Below, one piece after another: positions 1 through 9,875 of a stretch of DNA of 64,000 nt (position 1 is its first letter; every line of letters starts with the position of its first letter). The stretch covers positions 99,326,001 through 99,390,000 of the forward strand of contig NC_086108.1 of assembly GCF_963921235.1 (NCBI RefSeq). Direction: 5' to 3'. A program made the position numbers and the translations under genes. Origin of the DNA: Mobula hypostoma. Its lineage: Eukaryota. The notes under the pieces were generated by a model. It ran no database searches. It was not told where the DNA came from and was given only the letters and a program-made list of their open reading frames with translations.

Positions 1-621
1 TCTTGGGTGAGTCGGGGTGTCGGAACACCAAGCCAAAAACATACCTTCTTGCAGCAAACAGACCATGCAATGATCCTCCCTTCCTTCCAGTTCACGGAAG
101 GGTAATGCTGAGATACCCACGGGTGCCCGAGGATCAGGGACATGTGAGGAGACTCTGTGATATAGAAACTTATGTCCTCCGTATGATCCTCTATCCACAT
201 CCGCAAGACCAACGTCTGCTGCTGGATCTGCGCGGAACCACGCGGAGCGCTGATAAAGACAGTTGGGGGCGTGGGCTGGTTCAACTCCTGCAGTGGTATG
301 TTGAGCTGACGGGCAGTCCCCAAGTCTAAGAAATTTCCAGCTGCCCCAGGGTCCAGAAAAGGCTTTCAACTCTCATCGGTTCATACCACAGGAGATCTCC
401 GCCCTCAGTGTGACACCAAAATCTGTGAGGTTGGGGGTAATGGCCGCTACTGTCACAATCCCCCCGACACTGGGTGTTCTTAACAGTTCTCCGGACAGCG
501 GCAGCTTCGGACATTCAGTAGTCAGCAGGTGAGCTGTAACAGCAGCAACTTCGACTCCGACACAGGAAGCTCTCAATGGTGGAGATTTTTATGCAGCTGG
601 TTTGCATGGGCTTGACAAGAT
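1..621 (-). mobile_element. Gypsy (Tf1/sushi-like) LTR retrotransposon, gag C-terminus and aspartic protease, degenerate; runs off left edge
   Basis: Minus-strand translation gives LVKPMQ (PMQ motif), a decayed zinc knuckle, LKAF(fs)LDPGAAGNFLD (DSG-type protease motif) and WIEDHTEDISFYITESPHMSLILGHPWVSQH. Stops and frameshifts are present. Confidence 0.85.
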
Positions 622-1373
622 ATGATGGCAGAATATAGTATTAATGATAAGACTCTTGGCAGTGTGGAGGATCAGAGGGATCTTGGGGTCCAAGTCCATA
701 GGACACTCAAAGCTGCTGAGCGGGTTGACTCTGTGGTTAAGAAGGCATACAGTGCACTGGTCCTCATCAACCGTGGGATTGAGTTTAAGAGCCTAGAGGT
801 AATGTTGCAGCTATATAGGACCCTGGTCAGACCCCACTTGGAGTACTGTGCTCATTTCTGGTCGCCTCACTACAGGAAGGATGTGGAAGCCATAGAAAGG
901 GTGCAGAGGAGATTTACAAGGATGTTGCCTGGATTGGGGAGCATGCCTTATGAGAATAGGTTGAGTGAACTTGGCCTTTTCTCCTGGGAGTGACGGAGGA
1001 TGAGAGGTGACCTAACAAAGGTGTATAAGATGATGAGAGGCATAGATCGTGTGGATAGTCAGAAGCTTTTTCCCAGGGCTGAAATGGTTGTCACAAGAGG
1101 ACACAGGTTTAAGGTGCTGGTGAGAGGGTACAGAGGAGAAGTCAGGGGTAAGTTTTTTCCTCAGAGAGTGGTGAGTGCGTGGAATGGGCCGCCGGCAACG
1201 GTAGTGGAGGCAGATATGATAGGGTCTTTTAAGAGACTTTTAGATAGGTACATGGAGGTTAGAAAAATAGAGGGCTATAGGTAAGCCTAATAATTTCTAA
1301 GGTAGGGACATGTTCGGCACAACTCTGTGGACCAAAGGGCCTGTATTGTGCTTTAGGTTTTCTATGTTTCTAT
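622..1373 (+). mobile_element. CR1 LINE 3' fragment inserted into Gypsy gag
   Basis: ORFs 622-993 and 1000-1284 contain RDLGVQV, LYRTLVRPHLEYC..FWSP and RMRGDL, followed by a TTCTATGT tail. Removing it rejoins gag in frame. Confidence 0.95.
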
Positions 1374-2119
1374 CCCGAGCAGGAGATGTGGTGGGCATGT
1401 TCTGAGATTGAGGGGTGGAACTATAATGCGTTGAAGCTGGGCTCTTGATGTAGTCGCACTTTAGCTCTGCCAGACAATTATCGAGACGAATGGATTGTTC
1501 TATCAGAACCTGTAAGTCCTCTGCTGGTTTTCCTAAGGTGAGGGCCTCCATCCATTCATTTCGGAGTCCGTGGTGGTATAGAGTGGCCAAGGCCTCCCTG
1601 TTCCAGCCATCCTCGTGGGCCAAGGTTCGAAATTCGATCGCATATTCGGCCGCTGTCTGTCCACAGTGTCAGATCTTCACCAGGTGGTCTGAGGCTTGCT
1701 TGGCTCCAGCAGAGAGATAGATTTCTGAGCCATCAATTCCTCTGAACCTGAGCAAGTATCCGACCTGCATGCCGAATACGCGATGACCTAGACGAGGGTT
1801 CTTCCAGTCAGAGCAGAGATAACGAAGGCCAACTTTCTGCGCTCCAACGGGAACTGGGCCAGCTGGAGTTGAAACACTAGTGAGCATTATATGAGGAAGC
1901 CGTGGCAAGAACCCAGTTTACTGTCAAATCTCTCTGGGTTGGAAGACGTACTGACTCCGCTGAGTGACTTACTGTCTCTCCTGAGCGACTCTGAACTCCT
2001 TCTTGTGAACATTGACAAATGGCTACCTGGAGGTCATGAATCTCCAGAGTCTGTCAGGAAATTTTCTCGCTGTGGTTGGCCACAGCGGTTGAAAGACGCT
2101 GATACTCCATTGGGTCCAT
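1374..2119 (-). mobile_element. Gypsy gag pseudogene (PEG10/RTL1-like N-terminal and Retrotrans_gag-type region)
   Basis: ATG at 2119 (MDPMEYQRL), PERFDSKLGSCHGFL..CSLVFQLQ, and GWNREALATLYHHGL..W.EAL...IRLDN (ORF 1297-1623). Premature TGA at about 2054-2056. Confidence 0.88.
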
Positions 2120-2122
2120 ACT

Positions 2123-2380
2123 GGCTCAGTTGTACTGTGACCAGAGTCCATGACAGGGATAGTGTGTTTCCAAATGCTGGAGAATCCGAAGCAAGAATTG
2201 TGACACGGTATCAAACTGGATCGAGAACTGAGCACAAAACAAATGCTAGATGATATTTCTTGTAGGGCTTACAATTGAACACCGAACCTCTCTTCAGGTG
2301 CTCTTTAAATACTCCATTCTTGGCACCCAAAACATGATAGCCAATGAGCATAAAAGGCCCTGAATCTTGAAAAAGGGCTA
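2123..2380 (-). mobile_element. 5' LTR (partial) and PBS of the Gypsy element
   Basis: On minus, the LTR ends ...TCACA at 2136, followed by GTACAACTGAGCC and then the gag ATG. TATTTAAA box at 2311-2304. Outer LTR boundary is uncertain. Confidence 0.7.
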
Positions 2381-2619
2381 CACCGGCTCTCCATATTCTG
2401 AAGAGTTCGAGAGTCTAAATCAGAAGCTGCTTCACTTCACTGCTACCGCATCTCCACCACAACTCGGTGGTAATCCACAGAGGGCTGGATGTAAGGACTT
2501 TGGTACTATTTCCAGAAAGGTTTCCATAAGGGTCAGCTTTCTTTACTCTTTTACAAACTAAGTAAGCAACTCTTCAGACGTGTCAAATTTTCTAGAGGAT
2601 TTGTTAATAATTTTTCCGC

Positions 2620-3270
2620 AGGGTAGGGTAGTTAAGAAGGCCTATGGTGTGTTGGCCTTCATTTGTTGGGGATTGAGTTCAAATGCCATGAGGTAATATT
2701 ACAGCTCCATAAAACCCTGGTTGGATCACGCTTGGAATACTGCGGCAGTTCTGATCACCTCACTACTGGGAGGATGTGGATGTTTTTCAGTATACAGCAT
2801 ACATGTATGTAGTTAAGAGACAATAAACTTTACCTGGCTTGACTTAACTGTATGCTCTCCTGTTTTTGAGACCCATACCATGATTAAAAGGAAAAAGGTT
2901 TGGACTATCTACCCTATTTAAGCCTCTTAAAATGTTATATATGTCTTTCAGGTCATATTTCAGCCTCCTTCACTCCAGGGAAAGTAAGCCACAACCTGTC
3001 CAGTCTCTCCCCAAAATTAAAGTCTTCCGATCCAGGCGAATCTCCTCTGCACTCTCTCTAGTGCAACTGCATCCTTCTCACTGTGTCATGAACAGAAGTG
3101 CACGTAACACAAGTGTGGTCTAATAAGTGGTTTGGAAAGTTGCAAAATATCATCCCAACTTTTCATAGAATTGTAGGAAAGTACTGCACAGAAGCAAGCC
3201 ATTTCAGCCCACCTTGTTCATGGTGACAGTGATGTCTATATATCCTTAATTAACCTCTGACTGCCCAAAT
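2620..3270. mobile_element. Degenerate CR1 fragments (+ then -)
   Basis: GTAGTTAAGAAGGCCTATGG.. RT segment at 2625-2785; antisense CR1 3' pieces at about 2860-3270. Confidence 0.65.
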
Positions 3271-3414
3271 ATACATAAATTATCTCCCTTGGGATTTACT
3301 CCAGTAAATACCTTGCCCTTGACAATAAGGCTCCCTCGCCTGTAGTTAGCTGGCTTATCCCTGCTTCACTTCTTAAATGAAGGAACAACATTCAAGTGTT
3401 CAACCACGTCACCT

Positions 3415-4140
3415 AAAACTTTATTAAACCTCTATACATGCACGGTGGTGAGTATCCGTACTGGTTGCATCACGGCCTGGTAGGAAAACGCCAAAGCCCA
3501 TGAACAGAAAAGACAGCAGAAAGTCATCAATACGCCCAGTCCATCACAGGCAAAGCCCTCCCACCATTGAGCACATTCATGTGCCGCACTCCCACAAGAA
3601 AGCAGTATCCATTATTACTCCCACAATCCAGGCCATGTTCTCTTCTTAGCAACACACACAAAATGCCGGAGGAACTCAGCAGATCAGAAGTTCTGTAGAA
3701 GGGTCTCCGCTCAATATATCGACTGTCTATTCATTTCCATAGAGGCTGCCTGACTTGCTGAGTTCCTTCAGCGGATTGTGTGTGTTGCTTTGGAATTCCA
3801 GTATCTGAAGACTTGCTTGTGTTTGTGCATGCTCTCTTTTTGCTACTATGATTGGGCAAGATGTGCAGGAGTATTAGGTCCCACATCACCAGGTTCAGAA
3901 ACAATTATTACTCTATTATCATCAGGCCCCTGAACCAGTGGGCATAACTTCACTCGCTTCAACTCCTCACTGATTCCACAAACTCATTCTATAGACTCAT
4001 TTTCAAGGACTCTTCATTCATTTGCACTATGTCTGCTTTTGCACATTGACTGTTTGTCAATTTTTGTTTATATGTAATTTTTCTTTTGTATTCCTTTATT
4101 TTCCTGTAATAAAATTCTCTTTGATAACTTTGATGACTTT
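3415..4140 (+). mobile_element. Rex1/Babar-like LINE 3' fragment, interrupted by a palindromic Penelope-derived element
   Basis: Decayed ..TGCITAW.. RT C-terminal region and a 3' UTR shared with other copies in the window. Confidence 0.7.
3649..3825. mobile_element. Penelope-derived palindromic mini-element (old, hammerhead decayed)
   Basis: AACACACACAAAATGCCGGAGGAACTCAGCAG ... CTGAGTTCCTTCAGCGGATTGTGTGTGTTG inverted arms. Confidence 0.8.
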
Positions 4141-4970
4141 GATCTCACCTGTGGCTAACAAGGATGAAATAAGACCAAAGGTCCATTGGAAATAGGAGCA
4201 GAACAGGTCTTTCAGCCCTTTGGGAATGCTCTGCCCTTTCATCAGGGCTAATCCATTTTCCTCCCAAATCCATTCTCCTGCCTTCTCTCCATATCTTCCA
4301 TGCCTTGAATAATCAAGAACCTACCAACCTATGCCTTAAACACACCCAATGACCAGGCCCCCATAGGTATCTGTGGCAATGAATTCCACAGATTCACCAC
4401 CCTATGGCTAAAGATTTTCCTCCTCATCTCCATTCTAAATGGACATCCATCTATTCTGAGGCTGTGCCTTCTAGTCCTAGACACCACCATGATAGGTAGT
4501 GTTGTCTCCATATCCACTCTACCTAGGCCTTTCAATATTTGATAGATTTCAATGAGATCTCATCTCATACTTCTAAATTCCAGCAAGCACAGGCTCAAAG
4601 TCATCAAACACTCCTCATACAATAATCCTTTCATTCCAGAAATTATTTTCATGAATCTCCTCTGGACCCACTCCAATGCCAGCCCATTCTTAGATAAGAA
4701 GCCCAAAACTGCTCACAGTGCTCCAAATGAGGTCCCACAAATGCCTTATAAAGTCTTAGTATTACATCCTTGCTTTTATATTCTAGTCCTCTTGAAATGA
4801 ATGCTAACATTGCATTTGCCTTCCTCAACACCAGCTCAACCTGCAAGTTAACCCTTAGGGAGTATAAAAACGCAAACACGAGAAAATCTGCAGATGCTGG
4901 AATTTCAAGCAACACACATAAAAGTTGCTGGTGAACACAGCAAGCCAGGCAGCATCTCTAGGAAGAGGTA

Positions 4971-5008
4971 CAGTCGACGTTTCGGGCCGACACCCTTCGT
5001 CAGGTCTA
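4971..5008 (-). ncRNA. Minimal type-I hammerhead ribozyme motif
   Basis: UAGAC-CUGACGA-A-GGGU(GUCG)GCCC-GAA-ACGU-C-GACUG. Core intact; one stem I mismatch. Confidence 0.75.
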
Positions 5009-5053
5009 ACTGAAAGAAGAGCTAGTAAGAGTCTTACTAGCTCTTCTTTCAGT

Positions 5054-5090
5054 TAGTCCTGACGAAGGGTCTTGGCCGAAACGTCGACTG
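5054..5090 (+). ncRNA. Minimal type-I hammerhead ribozyme motif
   Basis: UAGUC-CUGACGA-A-GGGUCUUGGCC-GAA-ACGU-C(5085)-GACUG. Core intact; stem II has lost one C. Confidence 0.72.
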
Positions 5091-5571
5091 TACCTCTTCC
5101 TAGAGATGCTGCCTGGCCTGCTGCATTCACCAGCAACTTTTATGTGTGTTCCTTTGGGAGTATGAAGGCTCACAACTCACTTTGCACTTCAGATTTTAAA
5201 TTTTCTGCTCATTTACAAAATGGTTTAAGCTTTTGTTTCTTCTACCAAAGAGCACGACTGTACACTTCCCAAAACTGTATTCCATCTGCCACTTCTTTAC
5301 TCATTCTCCTAATCTGTCTAAGTCCTTCTGCTGCCCTCTCTTTGGCTTTTATGTTGCTATTTTTGCAATAATCTCCATCAGAGCCCCAGCTGACTGTTCC
5401 TCTGCATCACATTGCAACCTTGCCTGGGGACTTATTAACCTTAATATATCTCAGGACATCTAACACCTCCTTCTTTTCAATAATCATCTTCTCCACATTT
5501 TCTGTACCCTTCCCTTGCATGATCTCATTACCCTCCAAGTTCTTCTCCTTGGTGAATACTGATAGAGATGT

Positions 5572-5650
5572 ATACACAAGAGATTCTGCAAATGCTGGAA
5601 ATCTTGAGCAACATACACAAAATGCTGGAGGAATTCCTCAAGTCAGGTAG
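5572..5650. mobile_element. Left arm of an old Penelope-derived palindrome (partner arm at about 6400-6470)
   Basis: ACACAAGAGATTCTGCAAATGCTGGAAATC..AAAATGCTGGAGGAA; GAGTTCCTCCAGCATTTTGTG at about 6447-6467. Confidence 0.7.
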
Positions 5651-5676
5651 GGTCAAAGTCAAAGTAATATTTATTA

Positions 5677-6102
5677 CTTCTTGCATCTAGCTTGTCCAAT
5701 CCCTTTAGGATTTTGTATATTGAAATGTATAAAATCCTAAAGGGATTGGACAGGCTAGATGCAGGAAGATTGTTCCCAATGTTGAGGAAGTCCAGGACAA
5801 GGGGTCACAGTTTGAGGATAAAGGGGAAGCCTTTTAGGACCAAGATGAGGAAAAACTTCTTCACACAGAGAGTGGTGAATCTGTGGAATTCTCTGCCACA
5901 GGAAACAGTTGAGGCCAGTTCATTGGCGATATTTAAGAGGGAGTTAGATATGGCCCTTGTGGCTAAAGGGATCAGGGGGTATGGAGAGAAGGCAGGTACA
6001 GGGTTCTGAGTTGGATGATCAGCCATGATCATACTGAATGGCGGTGCAGGCTCGAAGGGCCGAATGGCCTACTCCTGCACCTATTTTCTATGTTTCTATG
6101 TT
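5677..6102 (+). mobile_element. CR1 3' end with a 44-bp inverted duplication at its 5' truncation
   Basis: ORF 5692-6009 (YKILKGLDRLDAGRLFP..RTRGHSLRI..RKNFFTQRVVNLWNSLP) and a TTTCTATG tail. Confidence 0.92.
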
Positions 6103-6509
6103 TTGATTATCCAAGTATGTATATGTTACCATGTACTATTTATTTTCTTGCTGGCATTTACAGGAAAATAAAGAAATACAATACAACCTACACATAAACA
6201 AAGATTGACCAACAACCAACGTGCAAAAGAAGAAAAATTGAGTAAACAATTTTGAGATCATGATTTGTAGAGTCCTTGAAAGTAAGTCTATAATTTATGG
6301 AGCCAGTTCAGAGTTGGGGTGAGTGAACTCATGCATGGTGGTTCAGGGCCCTGATGGTTGCAGAGTAATAACTGTTCCTGAATCTGTTGGTCTCATTCCA
6401 AAATATCAGCTACTTATTCCTCTCAGTTGATGCGCCTGAATTAAGGAGTTCCTCCAGCATTTTGTGTTTCTTACTCCTTTGGTTGCTCTTTCCCTGACTA
6501 CCCTCTTGC

Positions 6510-6840
6510 TCCTCATATACTGTATTTATAGAATGTCCTAAGATTTTCCTTGTTCATACTTGTAAGGATATTTTATGGCCCCCTTTCGTCTTTCTAATGT
6601 CTTTTTTAAGTCCTCTCCAATGCACTTTATCCTCTTCAAGAGAGACTCCCTTGAGCCTAGTTGCCCCTACTTGCAGGATGTTTTGATTGTTATTCTTGAT
6701 CAAGCCCTCAATATCCTTTGTCATCCAAATCTTAATCCTGTCTTCCTTGCCTTTCATTCTAACCGGGATATTTGGCCTTGAACTCCTACTAACTTTCTTC
6801 TAAAGAACTCCCACTTGTCAGCTGTCATTTCATAAAGAGG
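6510..6840 (-). mobile_element. Old CR1 ORF2 internal fragment
   Basis: ORF 6554-6757 WMTKDIEGLIK...LKKDIRKTKGGH matches the CR1 endonuclease-RT linker pattern. Confidence 0.65.
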
Positions 6841-8574
6841 TAGCTGTGGTATCTGTTTCCTCTACTCTTAAAAATGTGCTTAAATTGACTTTATTTGCGG
6901 TAAAATAGTCTATTTGCTGTGAGTAATCCCAGTTCCAATTTGTTGCCTGACAAAGTACTGTCAATAAGTACTCTGTAACGTTAAAGATGTGTAGATATGC
7001 ACTTCAGTGTGAAAACGCCACTAAATATCTACAAAGCTTAATGTGAATTCTGTGCAGACACCAATGTTAGTATGCACAATGGCAACAATGTCAGGAACTT
7101 ATTCCTTTTTTAAGGGGAGGAATATTGTCCAGTCCAGCTATGTCAGCCTATGCTATATTAGAACTTCTGGTGTGAGGCTTAGTGCAGTCAAAGACCAATT
7201 ACATTTTAAAGAATGTAAACTATCACTGATTCTGTTTCTTTACAGAGGTCACCGCAATCGAGCAATGTCTCATCTAGCTTAAAGAAAGCAGCACAGAGTA
7301 AATCACCTGTCACAAGGATTCCATCAATTCTCAATTATCCAATGCCTTTGATACAGCATGTGAACAAATCCACTGAAGTTGCTTGTAAAAAGGTACACAG
7401 GTCTTCGGTGCCATGGAGCAAGCTTACCATTTCTTAAGGATAAATATAAGTAGATTTTATGCTGTGGGAACTCAAAAGCTTTATGCTAATCAGCAGGGTT
7501 AAGCTCTGGAAGGAAAGTAGAAACATTCAGCATGCCACTGGCAAGAGTGCGTAGCACTGGAGTCTGGAAGATAAAGTACACAGAAACCTTATCTGTTAGT
7601 CTAATTTATTCAGCGTCACAGCCATATCACAACCTTGTGTTTGATTTTCTTATTAACTAATAACATCAAGAACAAACTAATACTGCTACATACCCTAGTA
7701 GTTTTGCCTTGTAGAAGTCTTTATTGTTATGTATGTAACTAAATTGAAATATCTTTCACTTGAAATATTGACTTTAATTTCTTATTTGAAAAATTCATGA
7801 AGCCTTTGATGTTAAATCCATACTCAATTTAGCCAAATGCCATTAAAATATGCAATAAGCCTTGGTACAGAAAGCGTTATTGTCTGTGTTTCTGCAGGAG
7901 AATTACATTTTATGACTATAGCGTCAGTACCTTTTCTCAATCCCTGCATGAGAAAAGAAAAGAGGAGGAAGCCCATTAGAGGCAAAATGAAAAGTGGTAT
8001 TGATTAGACTCTCATTTCCCACTCCTTGCCTCATTTCCTAAATGCGTGGAAATAAGGACTATGCCAGGAAGAGAGTAACAATAAGGTATAATGAATGGAA
8101 CAATCTTCAGAAAATTAGTGTTAGCTTACGTGACGGTGTGCAGATGTTGCTCATGGTAACTGCTTTGTTTTTTCTTCGTGTCCATTTAGAAAATGCTCTG
8201 TTTATCAGGCAATTGCATTGGAGGGTATTGAAGCTCTTGCAAATGCAATTAAAAATGAACTGATAAAGGGAACTGCAAGAATTATGTATCAAGCCATTGA
8301 GTGTAAAGACCATTTTCACCAATGACTGAGATTTTTACACAGGGTCAAAAATAACTAATCGTTTAATTTGAAGAAATAACATTTCTTATTACTTGAGCGA
8401 CTACTTGTGGATCCAGAGCAAACTTTTTTCTGCAAGCCATACATTTGCTTCCAGTACTTTTCACTACGGATAACTTTTCCCTTGCACATTCACCTGTACA
8501 CATTGGTGAGAGCACGTGGAAAAAATAGATGGGTGAAGGAACTGCCCCACGTGTCTCTGGTATTTTCTCACGCA

Positions 8575-9052
8575 CATGCACCTCCTCTTCCTAATAAAGT
8601 GGCCACTGACTGTATGTTCATGGTCATTTGTTGCTGTAATCCATCCACTTCAACGTTTGACGTGTTGTGTGTTCAGAGATGCTCTGCTGCGCGCCACTTC
8701 TCTGACCTCTCTCATTAACAAAGCGTTTCTGCCCACAGACCAGCTACTCACTGAATGTTTTTTTGTTTTTCACACCATTCTCTGTAAACTCTAGAGACTA
8801 TTTTGTGTGAAAATCCCAGCAGTTTCTGAGATACTCAAACCACCCTATCTGGCACCAACAATCATTCCAAGGTCAAAGTCACTTAGATCATATTTCTTCC
8901 CCATTCTGATGTTTGGTCTGAACAACAACTGAACCTCTTGACCATGTCAGCAAGCTTTTATGAATTAAGTTGCTGCCAGAAGATTGGCTGATTATATACT
9001 TGCATTAACAAGAAGGTGTACAGATATACATAATAAAGTGGCCACTGAGTAT
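8575..9052 (-). mobile_element. Non-autonomous Tc1-like DNA transposon
   Basis: TIR-like TAATAAAGTGGCCACTGAGT at about 9031-9050 and antisense transposase N-terminus; homologous to 52444-53494 and 62824-63887. Confidence 0.8.
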
Positions 9053-9397
9053 AACTTATATACAATTACTACAAGAACTTCTCCTTTCTTTGTTGTTTGA
9101 GAAAAAAATTGCAAGGCTCCAAGGAAAGGGTGGAACTCAGAGAACTGGCATGGAGATTAGCATTAAATGGCCTTTTTTCTCAATAATTGCAAAAGCTGGT
9201 AACTGTAATCAGAGGCTGTAAAACACTTAAAGGCATCCTAACTGCACCGAGGCACTATATCGATGCAAGTCTTTCTGTTTACACTATTGTCAGAACTCCC
9301 ACAGTCAATACATTCCCATTATAACTTCAATTTTATCTCCTGGGGAAAATAAAGGCAATACAAAGCTGCTTCATGTTATCCTAATATCCTATATCAT

Positions 9398-9875
9398 GGG
9401 GCACTTTAACGTAGTGGATAGCATAATGTTATTACAGTGCCAGCAACCAGCGTTCGATTCGCATCGCTGTCTGTAAGGAGTTTGCAAGTTCTCCCTGTGA
9501 CTGTGTGTGTTTGCACTGTGTGGTCTGGTTTCCACCCACATCTCAAAGATGTCTGGGTTAGTAGGTTAATTGGTCACATGGGTGTATTTGGCAGCATGGG
9601 CTTGTAGGGCCAGAAGAGCATGTTTCTTTATCTTTCTGGGCCCTTAGCTCCCAGTGGAGAATAGGCCATTGATGACCTCCTGTCTGCATCATCCAAAGTC
9701 GACGTTTCTGTAATCCATTGTACCAATGTACAGGGGATTGGTCAATACAGTTTCACCAGAGCCCTGTTGGCCAGCTTTACCCGATTCCACCTCTCACGAT
9801 AGTGACGTAGGTTGGACTTTGAGAGGCAGAAGTTCCTAATACCGTGCTGTATCGCTAAATAAAAATAAATAATTA
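9398..9875 (+). mobile_element. tRNA-derived HE1/V-type SINE, split by an antisense retroposon tail at about 9625-9840
   Basis: A/B-box-like head, V-domain GGAGTTTGCAAGTTCTCCCTGTG, CR1-like tail resuming at 9841. The inserted piece recurs at about 51650-51860. Confidence 0.75.

Larger units (their letters stand above)
4866..5150. mobile_element. Penelope-derived palindromic element with two hammerhead motifs; 13-bp TSD
   Basis: Inverted arms 4911-5030 and 5032-5150. TSD CCTTAGGGAGTAT (4853-4865) / CCTTTGGGAGTAT (5151-5163). Confidence 0.9.
4169..5340 (-). mobile_element. CR1 LINE 3' fragment
   Basis: ORFs 4329-4535 and 4649-4915 (KANAMLAFISRGLEYKSKDV.LRLYKA.V.PHLE.C.QFW); split by the insertion at 4866-5150. 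Confidence 0.92.

Noticed and set aside
1297..2119. Possible PEG10/RTL1-like domesticated gag gene
   Set aside because: Stops, frameshifts, a CR1 interruption and a retained LTR/PBS mark it as a dead retrotransposon.
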